From Aquifex aeolicus VF5 (lineage in GTDB: Bacteria > Aquificota > Aquificia > Aquificales > Aquificaceae): 32,000 nt of DNA. Location: positions 1 to 32,000 of the forward strand of contig NC_000918.1 in the NCBI RefSeq assembly GCF_000008625.1. The letters run 5' to 3'. Shown in pieces: positions 10,173 through 19,619 of the stretch (position 1 is the first letter of the stretch; each line of letters begins with the position of its first letter). The translations under genes were made by a program, and so were the position numbers. The notes beneath the pieces are model-generated. The model saw only the letters and a program-made list of their open reading frames with translations. It made no database searches and was not told where the DNA came from.

Positions 10173-11299
10173 AGTATTTCCCTCAAAACAGATATAGCCC
10201 TGTCAATGTGTTCCTTCTGAATTATCAAGGGCGGTAAGAACCTGAGAACTTTTCCGGCGGTGCAGTTTATGAGAAGTCCCTTTTCAAGAGCCTTGAGAAC
10301 GTAATCTTTACACTCTCTTTCAAGTTCAAGACCGAGCATCAATCCTCTTCCCTTTACCTTTCCTTTGCCGAGTTCCTTCAGTTTTTCTTTGAAGTAATTC
10401 CCCACTTCCCTTACGTGAGGCAGGAGTTTTTCAACTTCATCTACTACCACTGTTCCCGCCCTGCAGGCTAAGGGGTTTCCTCCGAAGGTAGAGCCGTGGG
10501 AGCCGGGAGTAAAGCTCTGGGCCACTTCTTCCCTTGCAAGGATGGCACCTATTGGCACACCTCCTCCGAGTCCCTTCGCAAGCGCAATTACGTCCGGTTT
10601 TAGATTGAAGTGTTGATATGCGTAGAATTCCCCGGTCCTTCCTATTCCCGTTTGCACTTCGTCTATAATTAAGAGCACATCTTTTTCTTTACAAATTTCC
10701 TGGAGTTTACTTAGAAAATCCTCACTCGCCTCGTTTACTCCGCCCTCTCCTTGTATAACTTCAATAATTATCCCCGCGGTTTCCTCGTCTAGGAGTTTGT
10801 AAACGCTGTCTATATCGTTCAGCTTTGCGTAAGAAAATCCAGGAACTAGAGGTTCAAAGCCTTTGTGGAACTTTGGCTGTCCCGTTGCGGAGAGGCTACC
10901 GTAGGTTCTCCCGTGGAAAGAGTTTTCAAAGGATATAAACTTCCACTTGTTCTTTCCTTTATCCCTCCAGTACTTCCTTGCGAGCTTTATAGCCGCCTCT
11001 ACACTTTCCGTTCCGCTGTTTGCGAAAAATACCTTCCCTTCTGTCCAGAAGTGTTTTACAAGTTTGTGAGCCAGTTCTTCCTGCCACGGGTTTTCGTAAA
11101 GATTTGAAACGTGGAGGAGTTTCTCAACCTGTTCTTTTAGAGCTTCTGTGAGTTTTGGGTAAGCGTGACCGAGGGAGTTGACGCCTATACCGGAGACAAA
11201 GTCAAGATACTCCTTTCCTTCCTCATCGTACAGGTAAACACCTTTTCCCCTTACAAACTTTACGGGCAACCTTGCGTAATTGTTCATTAAGTATGTCAT
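10169..11299 (-). CDS. argD: Acetylornithine aminotransferase (class III PLP)
   Basis: 376 aa; NSGTESVEAAIKLAR, SFHGRTYGSLSATGQ, LIIDEVQTGIGRTG, STFGGNPLAC. Confidence 0.92.
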   Translation of the reverse strand: MTYLMNNYARLPVKFVRGKGVYLYDEEGKEYLDFVSGIGVNSLGHAYPKLTEALKEQVEKLLHVSNLYENPWQEELAHKLVKHFWTEGKVFFANSGTESVEAAIKLARKYWRDKGKNKWKFISFENSFHGRTYGSLSATGQPKFHKGFEPLVPGFSYAKLNDIDSVYKLLDEETAGIIIEVIQGEGGVNEASEDFLSKLQEICKEKDVLLIIDEVQTGIGRTGEFYAYQHFNLKPDVIALAKGLGGGVPIGAILAREEVAQSFTPGSHGSTFGGNPLACRAGTVVVDEVEKLLPHVREVGNYFKEKLKELGKGKVKGRGLMLGLELERECKDYVLKALEKGLLINCTAGKVLRFLPPLIIQKEHIDRAISVLREIL

Positions 11300-12609
11300 G
11301 GTCTTCCCATGCTGTAATACTCAAAGCCTAAGTTTCTAACCTCTTGAGGATCGTATATATTCCTTCCGTCTATTATTATTGGAAGTTCCATCAATCTTTT
11401 TACTCTTTCGAGGTTTGCCCTCTTGAACTCGTCCCACTCGGTCAGGATTAGCAGAGCTTCTGCTCCCTCAACAGCCTTGTACTTGTCATCAAAATACCTG
11501 AGATCCTCCCCTTCAATAAATACCCTTTTGAAGTTTTCAGTAGCTTTAGGGTCGTAAGCCCTTATTTTTGCCCCTTCCCTTAAGAGTCTTTCAACAACTT
11601 TGAGCGAGGGAGCTTCCCTTATGTCGTCCGTGTTCGGCTTGAAGGAAAGTCCCCAGATCGCAATTGTCTTGCCTTTGAGTATCCAGAGTGCATCTTTTAA
11701 CTTTTGAAGTAATCTGTCCACTCTGCTTTCGTTTATACCGAGTGCACCCTTGAGGATTGTAGCATCTACTCCCAATTCTTCAAGTATCCTTATAAAGGCT
11801 TTTGTGTCTTTCGGGAGGCAACTTCCTCCCCATCCCAAGCCCGCTCTTAGGAATTCTTTACCTATCCTCTTGTCGTAACCCATTCCCTGGGCCACTTCCT
11901 CTACGTTTGCCCCCACCTTTTCACACAGGTCAGAAATCATGTTTATGAAGGATATCTTCGTTGCCAAGAATGTATTAGAAGCGTACTTTATTATTTCCGC
12001 TGTGGGCGGGTTTGTAATGAGGATGGGAAAGCCTTTATCGGTTATAGGTTTGTAAATCTCCAGTAATACTTCCTTTGCCCTTTCGCTCTCAACGCCTACT
12101 ACTATTCTGTCGGGTTCTAAGAAGTCTTTTACGGCGTGACCCTCCCTTAAAAATTCCGGATTTGAAGCTACGTCAAATTCCAGTTCTTTGTTTTTCAAGT
12201 ATAGTCTTACGGTTCTCTTAACCTTTCTTTGCGTCCCTACGGGAACGGTGGACTTATTTACGAGGAGTTTGTAGCTATCCATATACTTTGCCGTGAACCT
12301 TGCAACTTCTTCAACCTGAGAGAGATCCGCTGAACCGTCCGGGTTAGACGGAGTTCCTACGCATATAAATATCACCTCCGAAAACTCAATCCCCTCCTTT
12401 ATATCCGTGGTAAAGCTAAGTCTTCCTTCATTTATCCCTTCCCTCAGGAGCTCTTCCAGTCCTGGTTCGTATATGGGGCTCTTTCCCCTTCTTAGGAGTT
12501 CTACCTTTTCGGGTATCTTTTCGACTACGAGTACTTCGTGTCCGAGGTGGGAAAAACAAGCTGCCGTAACTAATCCTACGTATCCGCCGCCTATTACGGA
12601 GAGTTTCAT
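11296..12609 (-). CDS. ugd: UDP-glucose/GDP-mannose-type nucleotide sugar 6-dehydrogenase
   Basis: 437 aa; GGGYVGLVTAACFSHLGHEV, STVPVGT, NPEFLREG, GWGGSCLPKDT, FKPNTDDIREAPS. Confidence 0.92.
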   Translation of the reverse strand: MKLSVIGGGYVGLVTAACFSHLGHEVLVVEKIPEKVELLRRGKSPIYEPGLEELLREGINEGRLSFTTDIKEGIEFSEVIFICVGTPSNPDGSADLSQVEEVARFTAKYMDSYKLLVNKSTVPVGTQRKVKRTVRLYLKNKELEFDVASNPEFLREGHAVKDFLEPDRIVVGVESERAKEVLLEIYKPITDKGFPILITNPPTAEIIKYASNTFLATKISFINMISDLCEKVGANVEEVAQGMGYDKRIGKEFLRAGLGWGGSCLPKDTKAFIRILEELGVDATILKGALGINESRVDRLLQKLKDALWILKGKTIAIWGLSFKPNTDDIREAPSLKVVERLLREGAKIRAYDPKATENFKRVFIEGEDLRYFDDKYKAVEGAEALLILTEWDEFKRANLERVKRLMELPIIIDGRNIYDPQEVRNLGFEYYSMGRP

Positions 12610-12637
12610 TTAGGTTTTAATTTTAACAGAAAGTATA

Positions 12638-12871
12638 TTAAGGATTTTTTTGTTTTTCTCTGAAAAGTTCGGAAAAAGCTTTCCCTGAGAGGATATCTTC
12701 AGCGGGCGGAGTAATCCTTACCAGGAATTCTACTAAAGTATCGCTCTTAAATTTTTCCCTCGTTCTTGTTCTTCTAAACTTAATGGGGTAGCCTTTTTTA
12801 AACCTTTCAATCCTTGCATTCTTGTATTCCTCATCTATTTTCTCAAGGCTTAAGACGATTTCCTTTTTCAT
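12638..12871 (-). CDS. Hypothetical small charged protein
   Basis: 77 aa ORF in line with the minus-strand operon, 15 nt after rodA; no family recognised. Confidence 0.55.
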   Translation of the reverse strand: MKKEIVLSLEKIDEEYKNARIERFKKGYPIKFRRTRTREKFKSDTLVEFLVRITPPAEDILSGKAFSELFREKQKNP

Positions 12872-12886
12872 TATTATTCTAAAAAT

Positions 12887-14005
12887 CTATTCGTAAATAC
12901 CGTCCTTTTCCAGTTTCATATAAGGGTAGCGGTACTTCTTATATATGTACTGAGTAACACCTATCATTGCACTGAAGGTTATGGTGGCACTTCCTCCTAC
13001 ACTTACAAAAGGGAGAGGTATCCCGACAACGGGAAACATTCCCATGGTCATCAGCGTGTTTACCGTAAACTGGAACAGGATAAGGGAAAAGGTTCCGGCT
13101 ATGAAGAGTTTCTCCGAGAGTCTTTGAGCCATTTCGTGGTACTGAATGAGTCTCAAAAAGAGCAGTAAAAACAGAGAACATAGTATGAAAGTGCCTATAA
13201 ATCCGAGTTCTTCGCCTATCACCGCAAATATAAAGTCCGTGTGCTTTTCAGGAAGGAAAAATAGGTGAGTTTGAGTCCCACTCAGGAGTCCTTTTCCCGT
13301 TAGCATACCAGAACCTATGGCTATCTTTGACTGTATTAACTGGTATCCGCTTCCGTAGTAATCGCTCATCGGGTCTATAACTGCGAGAATTCTCTTCTTC
13401 TGATAGGGTTTTAAGAAGTACTTCCAAGCAAGGGGTAAAAACGCAAGGAATGCCATTCCGGCAAGGATAAAGTACCTTAAAGGTACGCCTCTCACGAAAA
13501 GCATGAAAACAAGTGGAACGTAGTAAGACACAGTAGTGCCGAGGTCGGGCTGTTTGAGTGTTACCAGAGAGGGTATGGCGTAAATGAGAAATAATAGAAA
13601 AACTTTCCTGTCCTTAATACTCTTTATTGCGGGAAGCAGGTAAGCGCTAACGAGTATCAGGGAAAACTTCATGAGTTCCGAAGGCTGGACGTTGAAAAAG
13701 CCGAGGTGAAGCCACCTCTTTGCCCCGTAAACCTCTTTTCCGTAGAGTAAAACCGCCATGAGGAGGAGGAGGTTAAAAAGGTAGATGTAAAAGGATAAAT
13801 CCAGCAGGTTTTCAAACTTTTCAAAGGAGAGGAAAATTATCAAAAGCCAGCCAAGGATTACGTAAGTAAGGTGCTTATAAAAAAACGGAGAGGTTCCTCC
13901 GTCGTAGGTAGCGCTGTAAACGGCAACGAGACCAAATCCCTGAATGCATAAAAGGATTAATAAAAGGAAGAAATCAAGCTCTCTTAACTCCTCCAGAAAT
14001 CGCAT
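12887..14005 (-). CDS. rodA: RodA/FtsW-family (SEDS) peptidoglycan polymerase
   Basis: 372 aa, multi-TM; FNVQPSELMKFSLIL, LKQPDLGTTV, KIAIGSGMLTGKG, THTDFIFAVIGEELGF-like (KHTDFIFAVIGEELGF), PFVSVGGSA. Confidence 0.92.
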   Translation of the reverse strand: MRFLEELRELDFFLLLILLCIQGFGLVAVYSATYDGGTSPFFYKHLTYVILGWLLIIFLSFEKFENLLDLSFYIYLFNLLLLMAVLLYGKEVYGAKRWLHLGFFNVQPSELMKFSLILVSAYLLPAIKSIKDRKVFLLFLIYAIPSLVTLKQPDLGTTVSYYVPLVFMLFVRGVPLRYFILAGMAFLAFLPLAWKYFLKPYQKKRILAVIDPMSDYYGSGYQLIQSKIAIGSGMLTGKGLLSGTQTHLFFLPEKHTDFIFAVIGEELGFIGTFILCSLFLLLFLRLIQYHEMAQRLSEKLFIAGTFSLILFQFTVNTLMTMGMFPVVGIPLPFVSVGGSATITFSAMIGVTQYIYKKYRYPYMKLEKDGIYE

Positions 14006-14183
14006 TAATTACCCTTACCTCGTCTCCTTCTTCCACGTATTCGTCCTCGGATATAACCTCACCGTTCTTAACGACTAAAGAGGAAATAGGGGAAAGACCG
14101 AGCTTCTTTAAGAGCTCTTTAGCCTTTAACTTCTTTTCGGGAAATTCGTACTCTTTCCCCCGGTAAAGCACTTTTATGGGCAT
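13974..14183 (-). CDS. ThiS/MoaD-like (ubiquitin-fold) sulfur carrier protein
   Basis: 69 aa; ...SLVVKNGEVISEDEYVEEGDEVRVINAISGGVKRA; beta-grasp pattern with near-C-terminal GG. Confidence 0.8.
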   Translation of the reverse strand: MPIKVLYRGKEYEFPEKKLKAKELLKKLGLSPISSLVVKNGEVISEDEYVEEGDEVRVINAISGGVKRA

Positions 14184-14656
14184 CTTGAAGTATCCGCCTC
14201 CACTTCGTCTATTTTATCAAGGAATGCCTCAAAAGGCCCCATGTTCTTCATGGCGACAAAACGAGGTCCTTCAAACTTCAGCCTTCCGAAGAGCATTGCC
14301 TTCATAGGACCGTACTCTTTCCTTCCCATTTCAAGCCACCTTTTTGTGTCCGCGTACATTAAAAAGTCGTTATCCGTTTTCTCGTCCTTCTTCCATCCTC
14401 CGTAAACACAAACCGCCCTTCCGTTTTCGTTCTTTATGGTGAGCTGAATTTGTTTTTCCGGACCGCAGTCTTTTCTGTAAAGGAAGAGTTTTCTTTCGGG
14501 AACTTCCGTCCAGCTTTCGCTTTTTCCGAGTTTTTCAACGAGTTCTGGTGTGTTGTTCCAGACTTCGCAAAATTGTTTTGCCCATTCTGCATCCATGAAC
14601 ACAGGCTTTGCAAAGGCTATCGCAGAAACGAGAACCCCTGCTAAGAGCTTTTTCAT
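14174..14656 (-). CDS. Putative exported SCP2-like (sterol carrier-like) lipid-binding protein
   Basis: 160 aa; N-terminal signal peptide MKKLLAGVLVSAIAFA; DFLMYADTKRWLEM...GRLKFEGPRFVAMKNMGPFEAFLDKI resembles the SCP2 fold signature. Confidence 0.6.
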   Translation of the reverse strand: MKKLLAGVLVSAIAFAKPVFMDAEWAKQFCEVWNNTPELVEKLGKSESWTEVPERKLFLYRKDCGPEKQIQLTIKNENGRAVCVYGGWKKDEKTDNDFLMYADTKRWLEMGRKEYGPMKAMLFGRLKFEGPRFVAMKNMGPFEAFLDKIDEVEADTSRCP

Positions 14657-14675
14657 ATCTTCACCTCCCTTAGAG

Positions 14676-17006
14676 TTATTTAATTAAATTTTGTCTTTCG
14701 TTTTCCACGAATTCTATAAGTTTTTTGAATGGGAGGGGTGGCGAAAAGTAATAACCCTGAGCCTCATCACAGAGGAGTTTTTTTAGTTCCCTTATCTGTT
14801 CTTCATTTTCAACACCCTCTGCAAGGGCAAGGGCGTTTAAATTGTGCGTAAGTTCAATTATGTTTCTCACAACCTGCCAGGCGTTTACGTTTTCAAGCAT
14901 CTTATCAATAAAACTCTTGTCTATCTTTATTTCGTCTACGTCGAACTCAACGAGGTAATGCATGGAGGAGTAACCTGTCCCGAAATCGTCTATCGCGATC
15001 TTTACACCTAATTTCTTTAGTTCACTCAGGATTTCTACTGCTTTTTCAGACTTTGCCATTAAAGCCCTTTCCGTTAGTTCCAGAATTACGTTTCTTAATG
15101 GAAACTTAAACTTTTCCTCGAACTCAATTAATTTCTGTATCAACTCTACGCTGTAGAACTGTTCCGCGTTCACGTTTATAGAGAGATAAAACTCCCTTTC
15201 TTTGACAAAGTCCGAAAGCTCTCTGAAAGCTTTTTCCATGACGATGTAGTTTATTTGTGAAACCAGTCCGTACTTTTCGGCTACGGGGACAAAGATACTC
15301 GGAGGCACTTCTCCGAGTTCAGGGTGATACCACCGCACCAAGGCTTCTGCACCGACTGGTCTGAAGTCCTTCAGGCTAACTATAGGTTGATAAACCACTC
15401 CGAATTCTTTCTTTTCTATGCTCTCTTCTAAAAATTCCTTTATCCGTAGTTCCTTTTTGAGCTTCTCTTCGTACTCTTTTTTGTAGAAGTTGACCGTATT
15501 TTTCGCGAAAAGTAATGCCAGCTCCGCCTTCTCTAAAAGTTCCTTTGGATTTTCTCCGTCTTGAGGATAAGAGGATATTCCCGCTTTTATGTTTAAATCT
15601 ACGGAGTCTACTTTTTCCTTAGAAAGTTTTTCTACTAACTCAACAACTTCTTCTCTTTCCTTGTTTCTAAGAGCTATCCCGAAAGCCTTTCCAGATAGCC
15701 GGGCTGCCGCTCCTTCCTTAACAAGCGTTCTCAAACGGTTTGCTATTTCTTTAAGTATTTCATCTCCCTTATCGAACCCAAAGAGGAAGTTAATCTCACC
15801 AAAGTTTTTTAAATTGAGCATGCACACATGGAGGTTATTAGTCTCTTCATCGTGAATGAATCTTTGAAGGAGCATAATAAACAGGTGTCTGTTAGGAAGT
15901 CCCGTGAGTTGATCGAAAAAGGCGAGGTAGTACACCTTTTTCCTTAAAAGAATTTCATTCGTTACATCGGTGAATAAAATTAGTACTATACATTCTTCAT
16001 CTTTTTTAAAGCTTATAATGTACAACCTTACGTATTTATCCTCACCTTTCTTGGTTTTCAACTTTAAGGTGTATTCCTTGGGTTTTTCTATACACGTTCC
16101 CGCTTCATTGAGAACCTTCTGTGCCCTTTTTCTGTAATGGAAAGGTAAGAATTCGAAGGGAGATTTGTTCATAACTTCGTGTCTTGTGTAGCCGAAAAGC
16201 TTTAAAGTGTAATCGTTTACGAAGATTATCTTTCCGCCTTTCAAAAGTAGCAGTCCCGCGGGGAGGTTTTGAGCCAGGGTTTCAAAGAGCTTTTTTTCTT
16301 CCTTTAGTTTTTCCTCGAGTTCTTTGAGGTTCGTTATGTCAACCCAGTATCCGGCAACCCTGTAAAGGTTTCCCTCCTTGCTTACCACCTTGGCATTGGC
16401 GTATATCCAGACGTAAGAGCCGTCCTTTTTCCTTAACCTGTAAACGGTTTGCACGAAGTTCTTTTCCTTGAGCTCTTCTACGGCTTTCAGAGCTTTTTCC
16501 CTGTCCTTGGGGTGTAGATTTTCAACTCACCAGTCTTTAGATATTTCTTCAGGCTTCCATCCCAGCCACTTTTCAAGACTCGGAGTGACGTAGAGTATCT
16601 TTTGTGGGTAAGGGGGCTCGGCTTCAACGAGGTAGGCTACAAAGGGGTATGAGTCCAGAAGCGTTTTGTATATAGTGTAAGAAGTGATCTTTTCCGCGAT
16701 TCTTTCGGAGACTTCCTTTACGAATTTAAGGAATTCCTCTTCTACTTTACTCAGTTTCCTTCCTTTTTTCAAAGGAAAGTAAAGGTTTACTTTTGCATAA
16801 GTGTTTATCCTGATTTCAAGTACTACTTCATTTCCTTTTGCACTACCTCTGCCGTCCCACTCTATCCTGTAGCCTTCCGAACCCAGAAATTCCGATACAG
16901 CTTTTCCGACTACGGAAATAAATTCATAATGGGTGTTCGCTCGGGAAGCTTCTTGAAAAATGGTTTTTAAAGTTTCTAACTCTCTTTCTATAATCTTTGA
17001 GTACAT
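14676..17006 (-). CDS. PAS/GAF-like - PAS - degenerate GGDEF - EAL protein, interrupted by an in-frame TGA; annotated-style pieces are 16527-17006 and 14676-16454
   Basis: Both ORFs share a frame (17006-16454=552); ...GWKPEEISKDW*VENLHPKDREKALKAVEELKEKNFVQTVYRLRKKDGSYVW reconstitutes a PAS domain; AFFDQLTGLPNR; EALVRW; ELTER; IDDFGTGYSS; AEGVENEEQ. Confidence 0.85.
16513..16526 (-). other. In-frame TGA codon region interrupting the PAS domain
   Basis: Coding-strand sequence AAA GAC TGG TGA GTT GAA AAT; frame stays open on both sides. Confidence 0.8.
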
Positions 17007-17036
17007 CCTATTTAAAATTTAATTTTAGATTTTTTC

Positions 17037-17044
17037 AGGAGGTA
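17037..17044 (+). promoter_or_regulatory. Shine-Dalgarno of moeA
   Basis: caggaggt 9-10 nt before ATG at 17053. Confidence 0.75.
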
Positions 17045-17052
17045 AAAAAATC

Positions 17053-18261
17053 ATGAAAAATTTGACACCCTTGGAAGAAGCCCTGAAGATCGTCTTGGAG
17101 AACGTAAAACCTCTGGAAAGTGAAAGGGTTTTTATACACGAAGCTCTCGGAAGGGTTTTAGCGGAAGACGTAGTTTCCGATACGGATAAACCCTTGTTTG
17201 ACAACTCCGCCATGGACGGGTATGCGGTGCGCTGGGAGGATATAAAGGAAGTGCCCGCCAAGTTAAAGGTAATAGGTGAGTACGCAGCGGGAACCGGGGA
17301 AAACTTAAAAGTGGAAAAGGGAACCGCGGTAAAGATATTCACGGGAGCTCCAATACCAGAGGGTGCGGATACGGTGGTACCCGTGGAGTATACGGAAACT
17401 CAGGACGGATACGTAATCGTTAAGAAGAGTTTCAAACAGGGAGCAAACGTAAGGAGAAGGGGCGAAGACGTAAAAAAAGGAGAAGTGGTAATACCTAAAG
17501 GAAAGGAGATAAGACCTTATGAAATGGGAATGCTCGCTTCAGTAAACAGGGCTGTGGTGAGTGTTTACAGAAAACCGCACGTGGGAATACTCTCCACGGG
17601 AGATGAGATACTGGACGTGTGTGAAGAACAAACCAAACCTTCGCAGATAAGGACTTCTAACAACTACACCGTTTACGGGCAGGTTTTACAGGCGGGAGGT
17701 ATTCCTCACAACCTCGGCATAGCCCCCGACGAGCCTCAAAAACTGAAGGAAATTATGAGGAGTATACACAAGTACGACATCTTCATAACCACGGGCGGTG
17801 TGTCCATGGGCGAAAAAGACTACGTCCAGTACCTCGTGGAAGACTTAGGTATAGACGTAAAGTTTCACAAACTCAGGATTAAACCGGCCAAACCCGTCCT
17901 TTTCGGCGTTTACGGAGAGAATAAACTCTTCTTCGGACTTCCCGGAAATCCCGTCTCAGCAGCCGTAGCCTTTGACCTTCTCGTTTACCCTGCCATAAAA
18001 GCCATGCAAGGGCACAGGGAAGTGTTTAAACAAAAGGTAACCGCTATCCTTGAGGGCGATTACAGGAGGAAGAACGCGGACAGGAGGGAGTTCGCAAGGT
18101 GCAGGGTGTGGTTTGAGAACGGAAGGTACCACTGCGAACCTTATCCAAAACAGGACAGCCATATGCTCACCTCCCTTGTTAACTCAAACGCCTACATGGT
18201 AGTTTACGAAGGCGTGAACGAGCTGAAGAAGGGGCAGGAGGTGGAAGTTATACTTTTCTAA
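17053..18261 (+). CDS. moeA: Molybdopterin molybdenumtransferase
   Basis: 402 aa; DNSAMDGYAV, IFTGAPIPEGADTVV, STGDEI, TTGGVSMGEKDYV, LFFGLPGNPVSA. Confidence 0.95.
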   Translation: MKNLTPLEEALKIVLENVKPLESERVFIHEALGRVLAEDVVSDTDKPLFDNSAMDGYAVRWEDIKEVPAKLKVIGEYAAGTGENLKVEKGTAVKIFTGAPIPEGADTVVPVEYTETQDGYVIVKKSFKQGANVRRRGEDVKKGEVVIPKGKEIRPYEMGMLASVNRAVVSVYRKPHVGILSTGDEILDVCEEQTKPSQIRTSNNYTVYGQVLQAGGIPHNLGIAPDEPQKLKEIMRSIHKYDIFITTGGVSMGEKDYVQYLVEDLGIDVKFHKLRIKPAKPVLFGVYGENKLFFGLPGNPVSAAVAFDLLVYPAIKAMQGHREVFKQKVTAILEGDYRRKNADRREFARCRVWFENGRYHCEPYPKQDSHMLTSLVNSNAYMVVYEGVNELKKGQEVEVILF

Positions 18262-18274
18262 GGGAGGGCAAAAG

Positions 18275-19615
18275 ATGAATAAAAACGTATTTCTCGTTTT
18301 AGCCATTTTAGTTTTCTTCGGTGTCTTAATAACCTCCCCTTTCGAAGGGAACGTCAACAAAGGCATAGCAATTCTCCTGCTCGCCGCAATTCTTTGGATT
18401 ACCGAGGCTCTTCCCCTTCCCGTTACGGCACTCCTCATTCCCGTGAGCGGTGTTCTCTTAGGAGTTTTTGACGTAAAGACCGCACTTTCCTACTTTGCTC
18501 ACCCGCTTATATTCCTCTTTTTCGGAGGATTCGTTCTCGCTGTAGCCCTTTCAAAGTACCAGATAGACGAGTACATAGCCCATAAAATAGTCTCCGTAGC
18601 TCAAGGAAAGTTCCTGCCTTCAGTTTTCCTGCTAATGCTTGCAACTTCCCTTATTTCCATGTGGATCAGTAACACCTCAACTACAGCGATGATGCTTCCC
18701 CTCGCCCTCGGGATACTGGCGGGAGTAAGGGAAACGGAAAGGGAAAAGGTATTTCCCTTCGTACTTCTTGGTATAGCCTACTCTGCGAGCGTAGGAGGGA
18801 TAGGAACGCTTGTGGGAAGTCCACCAAACGGTATAGCGGCGGGGATACTCGGACTGTCTTTCCCCGACTGGCTCAAGTTCGGAATTCCCGTATTTTTAAT
18901 ACTCTTTCCCTTGCTCTTCGCAATACTGTTTTTAGTCTTCAGACCTACCTCTGACCTGAAAGTTGAAAGAGTTCAGGAAATTAAGTTTGAGTTCACTCCG
19001 CAAAGAGTTCTGGTTCTTCTCATCTTCCTCTTTACCGCCCTTGCGTGGATTTTCAGCAAGAAAATAGCCCCTATTTTTGAAGTGAAAAAGTACTTTGACA
19101 CGGTTGTGGCACTCCTCGCGGTAGTAGCACTATTTATTTTCAGGCTCCTTGACTGGAGGGACGTAAAAGAGGGTGTATCCTGGGGAACGCTTCTTCTCTT
19201 TGGTGGTGGTATAGCCCTGAGTGGTATTATGAAGAAAACAGGAACAGCCAAGTTTATTTCTCAGGAACTCGTAGACGTCCTGCACGGACTCCCTACATTT
19301 CTGTTTCTCCTCACTATAGTTCTTTTCGTTATATTCCTCACGGAACTAATGAGTAACACAGCAACAACCGCACTTATCGCCCCTATACTCTTTTCAACGG
19401 CTCAGATGATAGGTAAACCCCCCGAAATGCTCGTGATTCCCGCCGCGGTTGCCGCATCTTGTGCTTTCATGCTTCCCGTTGCAACACCTCCGAACGCAAT
19501 CGTTTACGGAACGGGTTACATAAAACAATCCCAAATGATGAGGGTAGGTCTTATCTTGAATATCGTATTTAGTATTGTTTTAGCCGCTTTCTTTACAGTG
19601 TACGTGGGAGGTTGA
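18275..19615 (+). CDS. SLC13/DASS-family anion or dicarboxylate permease
   Basis: 446 aa, multi-TM; ITEALPLPVTALLIPV, SMWISNTSTTAMMLP, FLTELMSNTATTALIAPI, FMLPVATPPNAIVYG (typical DASS SNT motifs). Confidence 0.9.
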   Translation: MNKNVFLVLAILVFFGVLITSPFEGNVNKGIAILLLAAILWITEALPLPVTALLIPVSGVLLGVFDVKTALSYFAHPLIFLFFGGFVLAVALSKYQIDEYIAHKIVSVAQGKFLPSVFLLMLATSLISMWISNTSTTAMMLPLALGILAGVRETEREKVFPFVLLGIAYSASVGGIGTLVGSPPNGIAAGILGLSFPDWLKFGIPVFLILFPLLFAILFLVFRPTSDLKVERVQEIKFEFTPQRVLVLLIFLFTALAWIFSKKIAPIFEVKKYFDTVVALLAVVALFIFRLLDWRDVKEGVSWGTLLLFGGGIALSGIMKKTGTAKFISQELVDVLHGLPTFLFLLTIVLFVIFLTELMSNTATTALIAPILFSTAQMIGKPPEMLVIPAAVAASCAFMLPVATPPNAIVYGTGYIKQSQMMRVGLILNIVFSIVLAAFFTVYVGG

Positions 19616-19619
19616 GAAA

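Noticed and set aside
16500-16540. Selenocysteine codon interpretation of the TGA.
   Set aside because: I see no clear SECIS-like hairpin directly after the TGA, and PAS domains commonly have Trp rather than Cys at this position, so a TGG to TGA change is more likely. Not formally excluded without RNA folding.
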